Virus record (IMG/VR): IMGVR_UViG_3300037657_000197
Span: 1 to 34,733 of that record
Length of the DNA stretch: 34,733 bases
Source: a virus
Taxonomy: Duplodnaviria > Caudoviricetes
Strand: one strand, 5' to 3'
The notes below the pieces were generated by a model, which was not told the DNA's origin, did not search any database, and saw only the letters and a list, made by a program, of their open reading frames with translations. A program made the position numbers and the translations under genes. Every line of letters starts with the position of its first letter. The first letter of the stretch is position 1. Below, piece by piece: positions 10,600 through 18,994 of this stretch.

Positions 10600-11402
10600 C
10601 CTCAGACCTAACGGCCCCACTTGAGTTCGAGCCGGCGGAGATATACCACGCCGCAGCCAAAGACCATCTGACCAGCCACCAACTGCTGGACTTCATGAAG
10701 TGCCCGTGGCTGTACCACAAGAAGCGGATGGGGCTGATCTACGACCGCGACTCGCAGGCCTACTTCGTCGGCCGCGCCGCCCACGTGCGCATCCTGGAAG
10801 GCCAGGCCGAGTACCGCCAGCAGTTCGCCTTCGGCGGCCCCATCAACCCGACGACCGGCCGGCCGTTCGGCCAGGCGACCAAGGCCTTCGCCGAGTGGGC
10901 CGCCGCCCAGGGCAAGCCGGTGCTGACCCAGGAGCAGGTGGACCTGATCGAGCAGATGGCCAGCGGCGTGGGGATGAACGACGCCGCCATCGATTTGCTG
11001 CAGGAAGGCAAGGTCGAGGGTGTCGTCCGCGCGGACTACTGCGGCATGCCCTGTCAGGCCCGGCTGGACTGGGTCCATCCGCACCGCGGCCTGGTGGACC
11101 TGAAGACCTGCGACGATCTCACCTGGTTCGAAGCGGATGCCCGCCGCTTCGGCTACCCGTACCAGTTGGCCTTCTACCAAGCCGTGCTGGCCAAGGCGCT
11201 CGATGGCCTGTTCGTCCCGGTGCACATCATTGCCGTCGAGAAGCGCGAGCCGTTCCGCTGCGGCGTCTGGCAAATGACCGAGGATGCCCTGACGGCCGCG
11301 CGGCAGGAGGTCGAGGCCGCCATCCGCCGGCTCCGCAACTGCCTGCGCGACGACTCCTGGCCAACCGGCTTCGAGACGGTCCGCCTGCTCAATGTCGCAT
11401 AG
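10593..11402 (+). CDS. PD-(D/E)XK exonuclease-like protein (RecE/DUF3799-like)
   Basis: YH..LTSHQL, GRAAHVRILEG, CQARLDW, VDLKTC, YQLAFY and IAVEKREPF. Start set at MVTSDL. Confidence 0.88.
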   Translation: MVTSDLTAPLEFEPAEIYHAAAKDHLTSHQLLDFMKCPWLYHKKRMGLIYDRDSQAYFVGRAAHVRILEGQAEYRQQFAFGGPINPTTGRPFGQATKAFAEWAAAQGKPVLTQEQVDLIEQMASGVGMNDAAIDLLQEGKVEGVVRADYCGMPCQARLDWVHPHRGLVDLKTCDDLTWFEADARRFGYPYQLAFYQAVLAKALDGLFVPVHIIAVEKREPFRCGVWQMTEDALTAARQEVEAAIRRLRNCLRDDSWPTGFETVRLLNVA

Positions 11403-11409
11403 CCCCTCC

Positions 11410-11486
11410 AACGCCCGGGCCTGGCAGGGACGTGCCAGCTGGCATGGATGCCTTCCCACCGATTCCGGCGGCCCGGGCGTTTTTTT
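11410..11486 (+). terminator. Branched hairpin closed by a perfect 12-bp stem and followed by T7 (terminator/attenuator-like)
   Basis: AACGCCCGGGCC (11410-11421) / GGCCCGGGCGTT (11470-11481); inner hairpins CTGGCA..TGCCAG and GGCA-TGGA-TGCC. Confidence 0.5.
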
Positions 11487-11549
11487 GGCAGGACCGGCGT
11501 GCGCGAGGCTGTTCCACCTTGCGCTGCGGGTTCGACTCCCGCGCCTGCC
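11487..11549 (+). ncRNA. tRNA-like structured element lacking a D-arm (copy 1)
   Basis: Closing stem GGCAGG/CCTGCC, 8-bp hairpin GCGCGAGG/CCTTGCGC, and a perfect T-arm GCGGG-TTCGACT-CCCGC. Confidence 0.55.
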
Positions 11550-11580
11550 TGTGGACGCACCAGAACAGGAGAACCAGTTC

Positions 11581-12357
11581 ATGAGCATGTTGCAGCAGAT
11601 CCATGTAGGCCGGCGACACTCACCGCCTCGGTTTGTGATCTACGGCACCGAGGGGATCGGCAAGAGCACCACAGCATCGCAGGCGCCCAAGCCGATCTTT
11701 GTCCCCACGGAAGACGGTTTGGACCAGATCGAGTGCGCCTCGTTCCCCCTGGCGACGACGTTCACCGACGTGCAGAACGCCCTGCAGGCCCTGATCCACG
11801 AGGAGCACGAGTACGAGTCGGTGGTTGTGGACTCGCTCGACTGGCTCGAGCGGCTGATCTGGGATGCCATGTGCGAGCAGTACGGCGTGTCGAGCATCGA
11901 GAAGGTTGATGGCGGCTACGCCCGCGGCTACACGCACGCCCTCACCCCCTGGCGCAGCATCCTCAACGACCTGAACACCCTGCGTAACCAGCGGCACATG
12001 TGCATCGTGCTGCTGGCCCACGCCAAGGTGGAGAAGTTCGAAGATCCCGAGCAGTCTGCCTACGACCGCTACAGTCCCCGTCTGCACAAGCACGCCACCG
12101 CCCTGATCAACGAGTGGGCCGACGCTGTCCTGTTCGCCACGCGGAAGGTCATCACCAAGACCGAGGACGCCGGCTTCAACAAGACCCGCACCATCGCTGC
12201 CGGCCTCGGTACCGATGGCGGCGAGCGCGTCCTCCGCTGTGTCGGCAGCCCGGCATGCGTCGCCAAGAACCGCTACGGCCTGCCGGCGGAACTCCCGCTC
12301 TCGTGGCAGGCCCTCATGAACGCAATGGTCACCACCAACCAGTCACAGGAGAACTGA
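11581..12357 (+). CDS. AAA_24 family ATPase (Sak4-like phage recombination protein)
   Basis: Walker A YGTEGIGKST, Walker B VVVDSLDWLE, LLAHA, EWADAVLF and AKNRY. AGGAG RBS. Confidence 0.9.
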   Translation: MSMLQQIHVGRRHSPPRFVIYGTEGIGKSTTASQAPKPIFVPTEDGLDQIECASFPLATTFTDVQNALQALIHEEHEYESVVVDSLDWLERLIWDAMCEQYGVSSIEKVDGGYARGYTHALTPWRSILNDLNTLRNQRHMCIVLLAHAKVEKFEDPEQSAYDRYSPRLHKHATALINEWADAVLFATRKVITKTEDAGFNKTRTIAAGLGTDGGERVLRCVGSPACVAKNRYGLPAELPLSWQALMNAMVTTNQSQEN

Positions 12358-12358
12358 T

Positions 12359-12832
12359 ATGGCGAACCTGAACGGGTTCAACGCGAACGAAGTCGAACCG
12401 TCCACCACCTTCGATCCAATCCCCGCGGGCAAGTACCTGGCGGCGGTCACGTCCTCGGAGATGAAGCCGACCAAGACCGGCAACGCCAGCTACTTGCAGC
12501 TGACCTTCACGGTGCTGGAGGGCAAGTACAAGGACCGGCTGGTCTGGGCGCGGCTGTGCCTGAACCACTCGAACCAAGAGACGGTGCGGATCGCCCGCAG
12601 CCAGCTCTCCGCCATCTGCCGGGCGATCGGCGTGCTGCAGCCGCGTGACAGCGTCGACCTGCACAACGTGCCGCTGGTGATCACGGTCAAGGTCAAAAAG
12701 AACGAACAGACCGGCGACCTGATCAACGAGGTCAAGGGGTTCGAGCCGAAGGCCTCGGCCGGCGCTGCGCCCGCAAGCAACGCTGGCAGCGGGACCGGAC
12801 AGGCCAGCAGCACCCCGCCGTGGAAGCGATAG
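12359..12832 (+). CDS. DUF669-like protein (phage ssDNA-binding, OB-fold)
   Basis: FDPIPAGKY..SEMKPTK..YLQLTFTV..NEVKG, with a C-terminal PPWKR tail. Position after the AAA_24 gene is typical. Confidence 0.85.
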   Translation: MANLNGFNANEVEPSTTFDPIPAGKYLAAVTSSEMKPTKTGNASYLQLTFTVLEGKYKDRLVWARLCLNHSNQETVRIARSQLSAICRAIGVLQPRDSVDLHNVPLVITVKVKKNEQTGDLINEVKGFEPKASAGAAPASNAGSGTGQASSTPPWKR

Positions 12833-12855
12833 GTCGTGCACAAGGAGATCCCTGT

Positions 12856-13602
12856 ATGAACACGCACAAGATGCCATTGGACTCGATACGCATCGACGGC
12901 GACACACATACCCGCGTGGCGATCAGCAGCGATGTGATTGCCGAATATGCCGAGCGACTCGACGAACTCCCGCCGGTCACGGTCCACTACGATGGTACCC
13001 ATTACTGGCTTACAGATGGGTTTCACCGGTACCACGCGGCCCGGAAGGCCGGCACAACGATGATCCGGGTGGAGGTCCGCAGTGGCAGCCTCGAGGACGC
13101 TCGCTGGTTTGCCACCAGCGCAAACCGGACGCATGGGCTGAGGCGGACGAATGCCGACAAGCACAGAGCCGTCGTTGCGGCTCTGCGGCTGCGACCGAAT
13201 CAAAGCGACAGGGCTATTGCTGAGCACGTGGGTGTCAGCCACGGGCTGGTTGGCGTGGCGCGGGCCGAGCTGGCTGCCAAAGAGAACCTGGCCTCCTCGG
13301 GCAATCGCATCAGCCGAGACGGGCACGTCATCAACACTGCCAACATCGGCAGACGCGCACGTCCGAATCGCCGCAACGGCACTCCCACGACCAGACCCAC
13401 TGACCGGCCTCGCATGGGGGAGAGCCACGTTGCTGAGTCGCCTGGCGGCCTGGAGCGCCATCCATCCATCAACGGCATTCTGCATCGGTTGGCCATGCTG
13501 GTGAACATGCCGCTGTCCGAGATGTCACGTGCGGCATTGGTCAGGGCGGTGGAGGATCTCAAGAACGCCTTGGACCAGGCACTGCGGGGCAACCATGACT
13601 GA
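12856..13602 (+). CDS. ParB/Srx-fold protein with HTH (paralog 1)
   Basis: LPPVTVHYDGTHYWLTDGFHRYHAA, ANRTHGLRRTNADK and SDRAIAEHVGVSH. AAGGAG RBS. Confidence 0.82.
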   Translation: MNTHKMPLDSIRIDGDTHTRVAISSDVIAEYAERLDELPPVTVHYDGTHYWLTDGFHRYHAARKAGTTMIRVEVRSGSLEDARWFATSANRTHGLRRTNADKHRAVVAALRLRPNQSDRAIAEHVGVSHGLVGVARAELAAKENLASSGNRISRDGHVINTANIGRRARPNRRNGTPTTRPTDRPRMGESHVAESPGGLERHPSINGILHRLAMLVNMPLSEMSRAALVRAVEDLKNALDQALRGNHD

Positions 13603-14029
13603 TCCGGGCTGGCAGATCACGTTGGGATACCCGCCCTCCGCCAACCATTACTACAGGCGTGTTGGGCCGCGTACCTTGATCAGCCGTGAAGGGCGTACAT
13701 TCCGCCGGGAAGTCTGCGCCCTGCTGGTTGGTAACGGACCGCGCAAGCCTCCCGCGGGCGGCCGGATTGCGCTATGCCTGGAAGCCTTTCCGCCGGACCG
13801 GCGGCGCCGCGACCTGGACAACCTCCAGAAACCGACCCTCGATGCGCTCCAGCACGCGGGGGTCTACAAGGACGACAGTCAGATCGATGTGCTTGTGGCC
13901 GTGCGGCACGAGCCGGTAGACGGCGGGCGGGTCGTTGTGGTGGTCGAGGAACTGCCCCTGCACTGCTGCCCGCTCTGCAGACAGACCCTGCTTAGCAAGG
14001 AGGCGATCTCGGCATGCAACTTGAACTGA
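13595..14029 (+). CDS. rusA: RusA family Holliday junction resolvase
   Basis: YPPSANHYYR, PPDRRRRDLDNLQKPTLDAL and DDSQID. Confidence 0.92.
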   Translation: MTDPGWQITLGYPPSANHYYRRVGPRTLISREGRTFRREVCALLVGNGPRKPPAGGRIALCLEAFPPDRRRRDLDNLQKPTLDALQHAGVYKDDSQIDVLVAVRHEPVDGGRVVVVVEELPLHCCPLCRQTLLSKEAISACNLN

Positions 14030-14799
14030 AACAGATCCGCTGCGACGGCGGCACTCAGCCGCGGACCAAGATCCATGAGGCCACGGTCACCGAATACCTC
14101 GAGGCAATGCGCGAAGGGGCCACCTTCCCGCCAGTGACGGTCTTCTACGACGGCAAGGAGCACTGGCTTGCAGATGGTTTCCATCGTGTGGCAGCCGTCC
14201 GGCAACTTGGCCTCGATCGCATCGCCTGCGATGTGCGGCCTGGCACGCTGTCGGATGCGCAGTGGTACAGCTTCTCCGTCAACAAGTCCCACGGCCTGCG
14301 ACGGACCAATGACGACAAGATCCGCGCGGTCAAAGCTGCCTTGAGGCACTGCCAGGGTGAGAGGGGCGATAGCGAGATCGCTCGGCATGTCGGGGTAAGC
14401 CACACCATGGTCGCCAAGTACCGCGAGAAGCTGGAGGCGGCCGCCGAAATCCACCCCCGCTCCGACGAACGCACAGGCGTATCTTGCAAAGTTTGCAAGA
14501 TAGACAGCAAGGATGTCGCTGACGATCCGCCTGCGCGTGTCGTAACCCGCAACGGTACGACCTACCCCATGAAGACCGGGAAGATAGGCTCCGCCAAAAA
14601 GACGAAGAAGGTCGGCGGGATCTCCAAGGACGCCGCGGTGCCGTTCCGCAAGCCGGCGGAGCTGATCCCGACGCTGAACATCTCCATCCCGCTAAACAAT
14701 CCCGACGCCGCGGGAAGAACGCTCGTGTCCAACTGCGAGCCGGCGTACCTGCGTTCCATGATCGAGACCATTCTGTCCCTCTTGAACGAAAGGAAGTAG
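14014..14799 (+). CDS. ParB/Srx-fold protein with HTH (paralog 2)
   Basis: DGGTQPR, FPPVTVFYDGKEHWLADGFHRVAA, NKSHGLRRTNDDK and DSEIARHVGVSH. Confidence 0.85.
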   Translation: MQLELKQIRCDGGTQPRTKIHEATVTEYLEAMREGATFPPVTVFYDGKEHWLADGFHRVAAVRQLGLDRIACDVRPGTLSDAQWYSFSVNKSHGLRRTNDDKIRAVKAALRHCQGERGDSEIARHVGVSHTMVAKYREKLEAAAEIHPRSDERTGVSCKVCKIDSKDVADDPPARVVTRNGTTYPMKTGKIGSAKKTKKVGGISKDAAVPFRKPAELIPTLNISIPLNNPDAAGRTLVSNCEPAYLRSMIETILSLLNERK

Positions 14800-14801
14800 C
14801 C

Positions 14802-15632
14802 ATGATCGCCATCGATCAGAGTCTTGTCGCCAAGCAGATGCGCAGCGTCGTGATGGACATTGGCCCGGACCAGGCCATCGAGATGCTGGAGTTCAACACC
14901 CGCAACCGCCCCTTGGACCAGAAACACGTGGACTACCTGGCGGCCGAGATGAGGGCTGGCCGCTGGAAACTCACCCACGAGAGCATCGCCTTCGATGTCA
15001 ACGGCGTCTTGCAGGACGGCCAGCACCGGTTGTGGGCGGTCGTCATGTCGGGCTGCACGGTCCCGATGAGTGTCACGCGCAATACGCCAGTGGACTGCAT
15101 CGAGTACGTTGGCGGCGGCAAGGTACGCAAGGCCGCCGAGCGCATGAGCCTCAGCGGCCGTTACCCTCAGGGCGTCAGCAGTGGCCAGTTGGCAACACTG
15201 CGGGCGATGGTCCGCGGACTGGGGGCGGACCGGAAGATCCCCTTCTACCAGGAGATGGATCTGCTGGCCAGGCACAAGCCCGCCGTGGACTTCGCCGTCG
15301 GCAACCTGACAACCAACCGCGTCAAGGGCGTGGGGTCGTCCATCACCCGGGCAGTGGTGGCTCGTGCCTGGTACTCGGTGGACATCGATCGGCTGCGTCG
15401 CTTCTGCGAGGTGCTCCGCAGTGGCATGGCCTCCGACCCGATCGAGGGCAACGTCATCCTGCTGCGGGATTACCTGTCCCGTCTGGACCGCAGCGACACC
15501 CTGTCCAACCTGCGCGAGCAATACGGCAAGGTCGAGCGGGCGCTGCAGGCGTTCCTGGCGGGCAAGACCCTGTCGGTTATCCGCTCCTGCCAGACGGAGA
15601 TCTACCCCTTACCGGAGGAGATCCGGGGCTGA
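14802..15632 (+). CDS. ParB/Srx-like phage protein (DGQHRL type)
   Basis: NTRNRPL..YLAAEMRAGRW..ESIAFD..LQDGQHRLWAV. Confidence 0.75.
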   Translation: MIAIDQSLVAKQMRSVVMDIGPDQAIEMLEFNTRNRPLDQKHVDYLAAEMRAGRWKLTHESIAFDVNGVLQDGQHRLWAVVMSGCTVPMSVTRNTPVDCIEYVGGGKVRKAAERMSLSGRYPQGVSSGQLATLRAMVRGLGADRKIPFYQEMDLLARHKPAVDFAVGNLTTNRVKGVGSSITRAVVARAWYSVDIDRLRRFCEVLRSGMASDPIEGNVILLRDYLSRLDRSDTLSNLREQYGKVERALQAFLAGKTLSVIRSCQTEIYPLPEEIRG

Positions 15633-15743
15633 GCGGCCTTGGCACCGGCGGCGGGCTGCGCATATGGCCCGCCACTGGGTGCCCCTTCTGACGAGCGGCA
15701 TGAGAGATGGGCGACAAGACGAACTGTATTTGGAGAGCGATTG

Positions 15744-16379
15744 ATGAGGAAGCGAGTGTACATATCGGGACCGATGACGGGCATGCCGGGACACAACTTC
15801 CCCGCGTTCAACGCGGCGGCCAGGCGGCTGCGGGCGCTGGGGTGGCGAGTGGTCAACCCGGCCGAGAACTTCGGCGGCCGCACGGACCTGCCGCGCGAAC
15901 TGTACATGCGGGCCGACGTGATGCTCCTGGCGATGTGCGACGCGATTGCCCTGCTGCCTGGCTGGCGGAACTCCCGCGGCGCCCGAGTCGAGTCCCTGCT
16001 CGCACACGAGATGGGCCTGGACGTCCTGGACGCCGTGACGTTGCTGCCGCTGGGGGATGCGCCGGGCGCTGTGGTACAGATCGCCCGGGCCGACGACGCG
16101 GTGGACGAGTCGGTGCTGTCGGAGGCCCTGCGGATTACCGATGGTGCCCGCCAGAGCAGCTACGGACATCCGCGTGAGGACTTTGCCCGCACAGCCCTGA
16201 TGTGGACGGGGATCCTCCGCGGCAAGCTGCGCGAGGGGGAGGCGGTCGGACCCAGCGATGTGCCGCTGTGCATGATCGCCGTCAAGCTGGCCCGCCAGAC
16301 GCACCAGCACAAGCGGGACAACCTCGTGGACATCGCCGGATACGCCAGAACAGCGGCCATGGTCGCCGGAGACGAATGA
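15744..16379 (+). CDS. DUF4406-like (nucleoside deoxyribosyltransferase-like) / DUF6378-like fusion
   Basis: N-half YISGPMTG..NFPAFN..VNPAE..CDAIALLPGW..SRGARVE. C-half EALRITDGARQSSYG..F..W..MIAVKLAR..RDNLVDIAGYA. Confidence 0.8.
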   Translation: MRKRVYISGPMTGMPGHNFPAFNAAARRLRALGWRVVNPAENFGGRTDLPRELYMRADVMLLAMCDAIALLPGWRNSRGARVESLLAHEMGLDVLDAVTLLPLGDAPGAVVQIARADDAVDESVLSEALRITDGARQSSYGHPREDFARTALMWTGILRGKLREGEAVGPSDVPLCMIAVKLARQTHQHKRDNLVDIAGYARTAAMVAGDE

Positions 16380-17149
16380 TGGCCAAACAAGGTAGCAAGA
16401 CATTCCTGGCCTTCGGCGACGTGCACGTACCACATCAGAACATCGAGGCGGTGGAGATCCTGCGGCGCGTGGCGGATCGGCTTCGGCCGGACCTGGTGGT
16501 GTGCCTGGGGGATCTGCTCGACTGCGGGCAGTTCTCCACGCACCCACCGACGTACGGGACGCCGGAGTCCGATTACGTCGACGATCTGAAGCAGGCCAAC
16601 ACCCTCTTGGACCGACTGCAGGCATCCTGCGGTCGACTGGTGATGGTCGAGGGCAATCACGAGTACCGCCTGGACCGCTGGGCGGCGGCAACCGCCGAGG
16701 GCCGTGGAGCCTACTCGATGCTAGCCCCAAGGGTGCAACTGACCAAGGGCCGCAGCGCCTTCACGTATGTCCCCTATGGGGCCGTCAGTGGACGCTATCC
16801 GCACTACGCACTCAACAGCCGGGTGATCGCTGTACATGGCTGGTCGTATGCCCGCCACGCCACGAAGGCGCACCTGCAGATCAGCCAGGGCAAGAGCGTC
16901 ATCCACGGTCACACTCATAGGGCCGACGCCAGCATCATCCAGAACATCTGGTCGGCCGGGAAGATCGTTCAAGCCCGCAGCGCCGGCTGCTTGTGCAAGC
17001 CGATCCCGCTGTATGGCACGGGCCGGCCTGTCGAGTGGGTCAACGCCTTCATCCTGGGCTACCTGGGTCGGCGGAGCGACACCCTCTACACGATCCCGAT
17101 CCTGGATGGCCGCTGCATCCTGCCGGATGGCACGGAGGTGCAGAGCTGA
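16376..17149 (+). CDS. Calcineurin-like metallophosphoesterase
   Basis: All five motifs present: GDVH, GDLLD, GNHE, VHG and GHTH. ATGA overlap with the upstream gene. Confidence 0.9.
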   Translation: MMAKQGSKTFLAFGDVHVPHQNIEAVEILRRVADRLRPDLVVCLGDLLDCGQFSTHPPTYGTPESDYVDDLKQANTLLDRLQASCGRLVMVEGNHEYRLDRWAAATAEGRGAYSMLAPRVQLTKGRSAFTYVPYGAVSGRYPHYALNSRVIAVHGWSYARHATKAHLQISQGKSVIHGHTHRADASIIQNIWSAGKIVQARSAGCLCKPIPLYGTGRPVEWVNAFILGYLGRRSDTLYTIPILDGRCILPDGTEVQS

Positions 17150-17210
17150 TGCAGCTTCGCCGATGACGCCTCGGCAGTAGCCGCCAGATCGTAGGCTGGC
17201 GCGGCGTTGT

Positions 17211-17258
17211 GCGGGTGTGGGTAGAGGCCCGTGATCCGTTCGAGTCGGACCACCCGCA
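17211..17258 (+). ncRNA. tRNA-like structured element lacking a D-arm (copy 2)
   Basis: 7-bp acceptor-like stem GCGGGTG/CACCCGC plus A, short hairpin GGGT-AGAG-GCCC, and T-arm TCCG-TTCGAGT-CGGA. Confidence 0.5.
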
Positions 17259-17299
17259 GTTGTCATGCTACGGTACTGATTGAGAACCAACAACCACAC

Positions 17300-18994
17300 A
17301 TGATGTTACGACCCTACCAGCAAGAAGCCGTGCAGGCCGTCTATGAGCACCTGCGCACCCGGGATGACAATCCCTGCGTGGTGATCCCTACGGCGGGCGG
17401 CAAGACCCCGGTGATGGCCACCATCTGCCGCGACGCCGTGCAGCGCTGGGGCGGCCGGGTCTTGATCTTGGCGCATGTAAAGGAGCTGCTCGAGCAGGCG
17501 GTCGAGAAGCTCCACACCATGGCCCCGGACCTTTGGATGCAGGTGGGCGTGTACTCGGCCGGCCTGCGGAAGCGCGACACCGAACATTCCATCATCGTGG
17601 CGGGCATCCAGAGCGTCTTTCGCCGAGCGGCGGAGATGGACCGTTTCGACATCATCCTTCTGGACGAATGTCATATGCTCCCGCCCGATGGCGAGGGCAT
17701 GTACCGCAGTTTTCTGTCCGAGGCGAGGGTCGTCAATCCCCACGTGCGACTGGTGGGCCTGACAGCCACACCCTACAGAATGAGCACCGGGACGATTTGC
17801 GGGCCGGAGAATCTGCTGAACCACGTCTGCTACGAGGTTGGCGTCCGCGAGCTGATCGTCCAGGGCTACCTCTGCCCGCTGCGCAGCAAGGCGGGCGTCC
17901 GCAAGGTGGACATGTCGGGCCTGCACCTGCGCGGCGGGGAGTTCATCGCTGGCGAGGTCGAGCAGCTCATGGACACCGACTCGCTGGTGGTTTCCGCCTG
18001 CCGCGAGATCGTCGAGCAGACACAGGATCGGCACAGTTGCCTGATCTTCACCGCTGGTGTGCAGCACGCGTTGCACGTGCAGCGTGTGCTGGGCGGGATG
18101 GGACACGAATGTGGATTCGTCTGCGGCGAAACGTTGCCATTTGAACGCATAGACACGCTGAACCGCTTCCGCGAAGGCAAGCTCAAGTACCTGGTCAACG
18201 TCAACGTGCTGACCACCGGGTTCGACGCGCCCAACATCGACTGCGTTGTGCTGCTGCGGCCCACGAATTCGCCCGGCCTGTACTACCAGATGGTCGGTCG
18301 TGGCTTCCGGTTGCACTCGGGCAAGAAGGACTGCCTCGTGTTGGACTTCGGCGGCAACATCCTGCGGCACGGTCCCGTCGATGCGCTGCAGGTCAAGCCG
18401 CGTAGCGGCCTGGGTGGCGATGCGCCCGCGAAAGAATGTCCACAGTGCCACTCGGTGGTCCATGCCGCCTACTCGCTTTGCCCCGAGTGCGGCTACCAAT
18501 TCCCGGAGCCGGAGCGGCAGAAGCACGATCGCCATGCGTCGGACGCCGGCGTGCTCTCGGGGGAGGTCACGGACACTCGCTACGAAGTGCAGCAGGTTCG
18601 CTATGGCGTCCACTACAAGCGCAATGCCGGTCCGGAGCATCCACCCACCATGCGGGTGGACTACGAGGTCAGCTTCAGTGACCGCCGCAGCGAGTGGGTC
18701 TGCTTCGAACACGAAGGCTTCGCCCGACAGAAGGCCGAGGCCTGGTGGCGGAAGCGTTCCAAGGAGCCCGTCCCCGAGACCGTCGAGCAGGCCGTGGCCA
18801 TCTGCGAGAGCGGCGGGATTGCCAGCACCACCGCCATCACGGTCCGCTCCGTCGCTGGCGAGCAGTATGACCGCATCGTGGCCCACGAGCTCGGGCCGGT
18901 ACCTGAGCCAGAGGTGTTCACGCCAGGTGGCGAGCAAGAAGAGGACCGGATGCAGCCTGCCACCTGGCTTCCGGAGGAGGACATCCCGTTCTAG
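17300..18994 (+). CDS. SF2 DEAH helicase with zinc ribbon (RadD/YejH-like)
   Basis: LRPYQ, PTAGGKT, DECH, GLTATP, LTTGFD, QMVGRGFR and CPQC..CPECG. Confidence 0.93.
   Translation: MMLRPYQQEAVQAVYEHLRTRDDNPCVVIPTAGGKTPVMATICRDAVQRWGGRVLILAHVKELLEQAVEKLHTMAPDLWMQVGVYSAGLRKRDTEHSIIVAGIQSVFRRAAEMDRFDIILLDECHMLPPDGEGMYRSFLSEARVVNPHVRLVGLTATPYRMSTGTICGPENLLNHVCYEVGVRELIVQGYLCPLRSKAGVRKVDMSGLHLRGGEFIAGEVEQLMDTDSLVVSACREIVEQTQDRHSCLIFTAGVQHALHVQRVLGGMGHECGFVCGETLPFERIDTLNRFREGKLKYLVNVNVLTTGFDAPNIDCVVLLRPTNSPGLYYQMVGRGFRLHSGKKDCLVLDFGGNILRHGPVDALQVKPRSGLGGDAPAKECPQCHSVVHAAYSLCPECGYQFPEPERQKHDRHASDAGVLSGEVTDTRYEVQQVRYGVHYKRNAGPEHPPTMRVDYEVSFSDRRSEWVCFEHEGFARQKAEAWWRKRSKEPVPETVEQAVAICESGGIASTTAITVRSVAGEQYDRIVAHELGPVPEPEVFTPGGEQEEDRMQPATWLPEEDIPF

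Noticed and set aside
11487-11549. Possible canonical tRNA or attR remnant
   Set aside because: No D-arm or proper anticodon loop, and the sequence does not match the tRNA-Pro 3' end. Kept only as a tRNA-like element; the same holds for 17211-17258.
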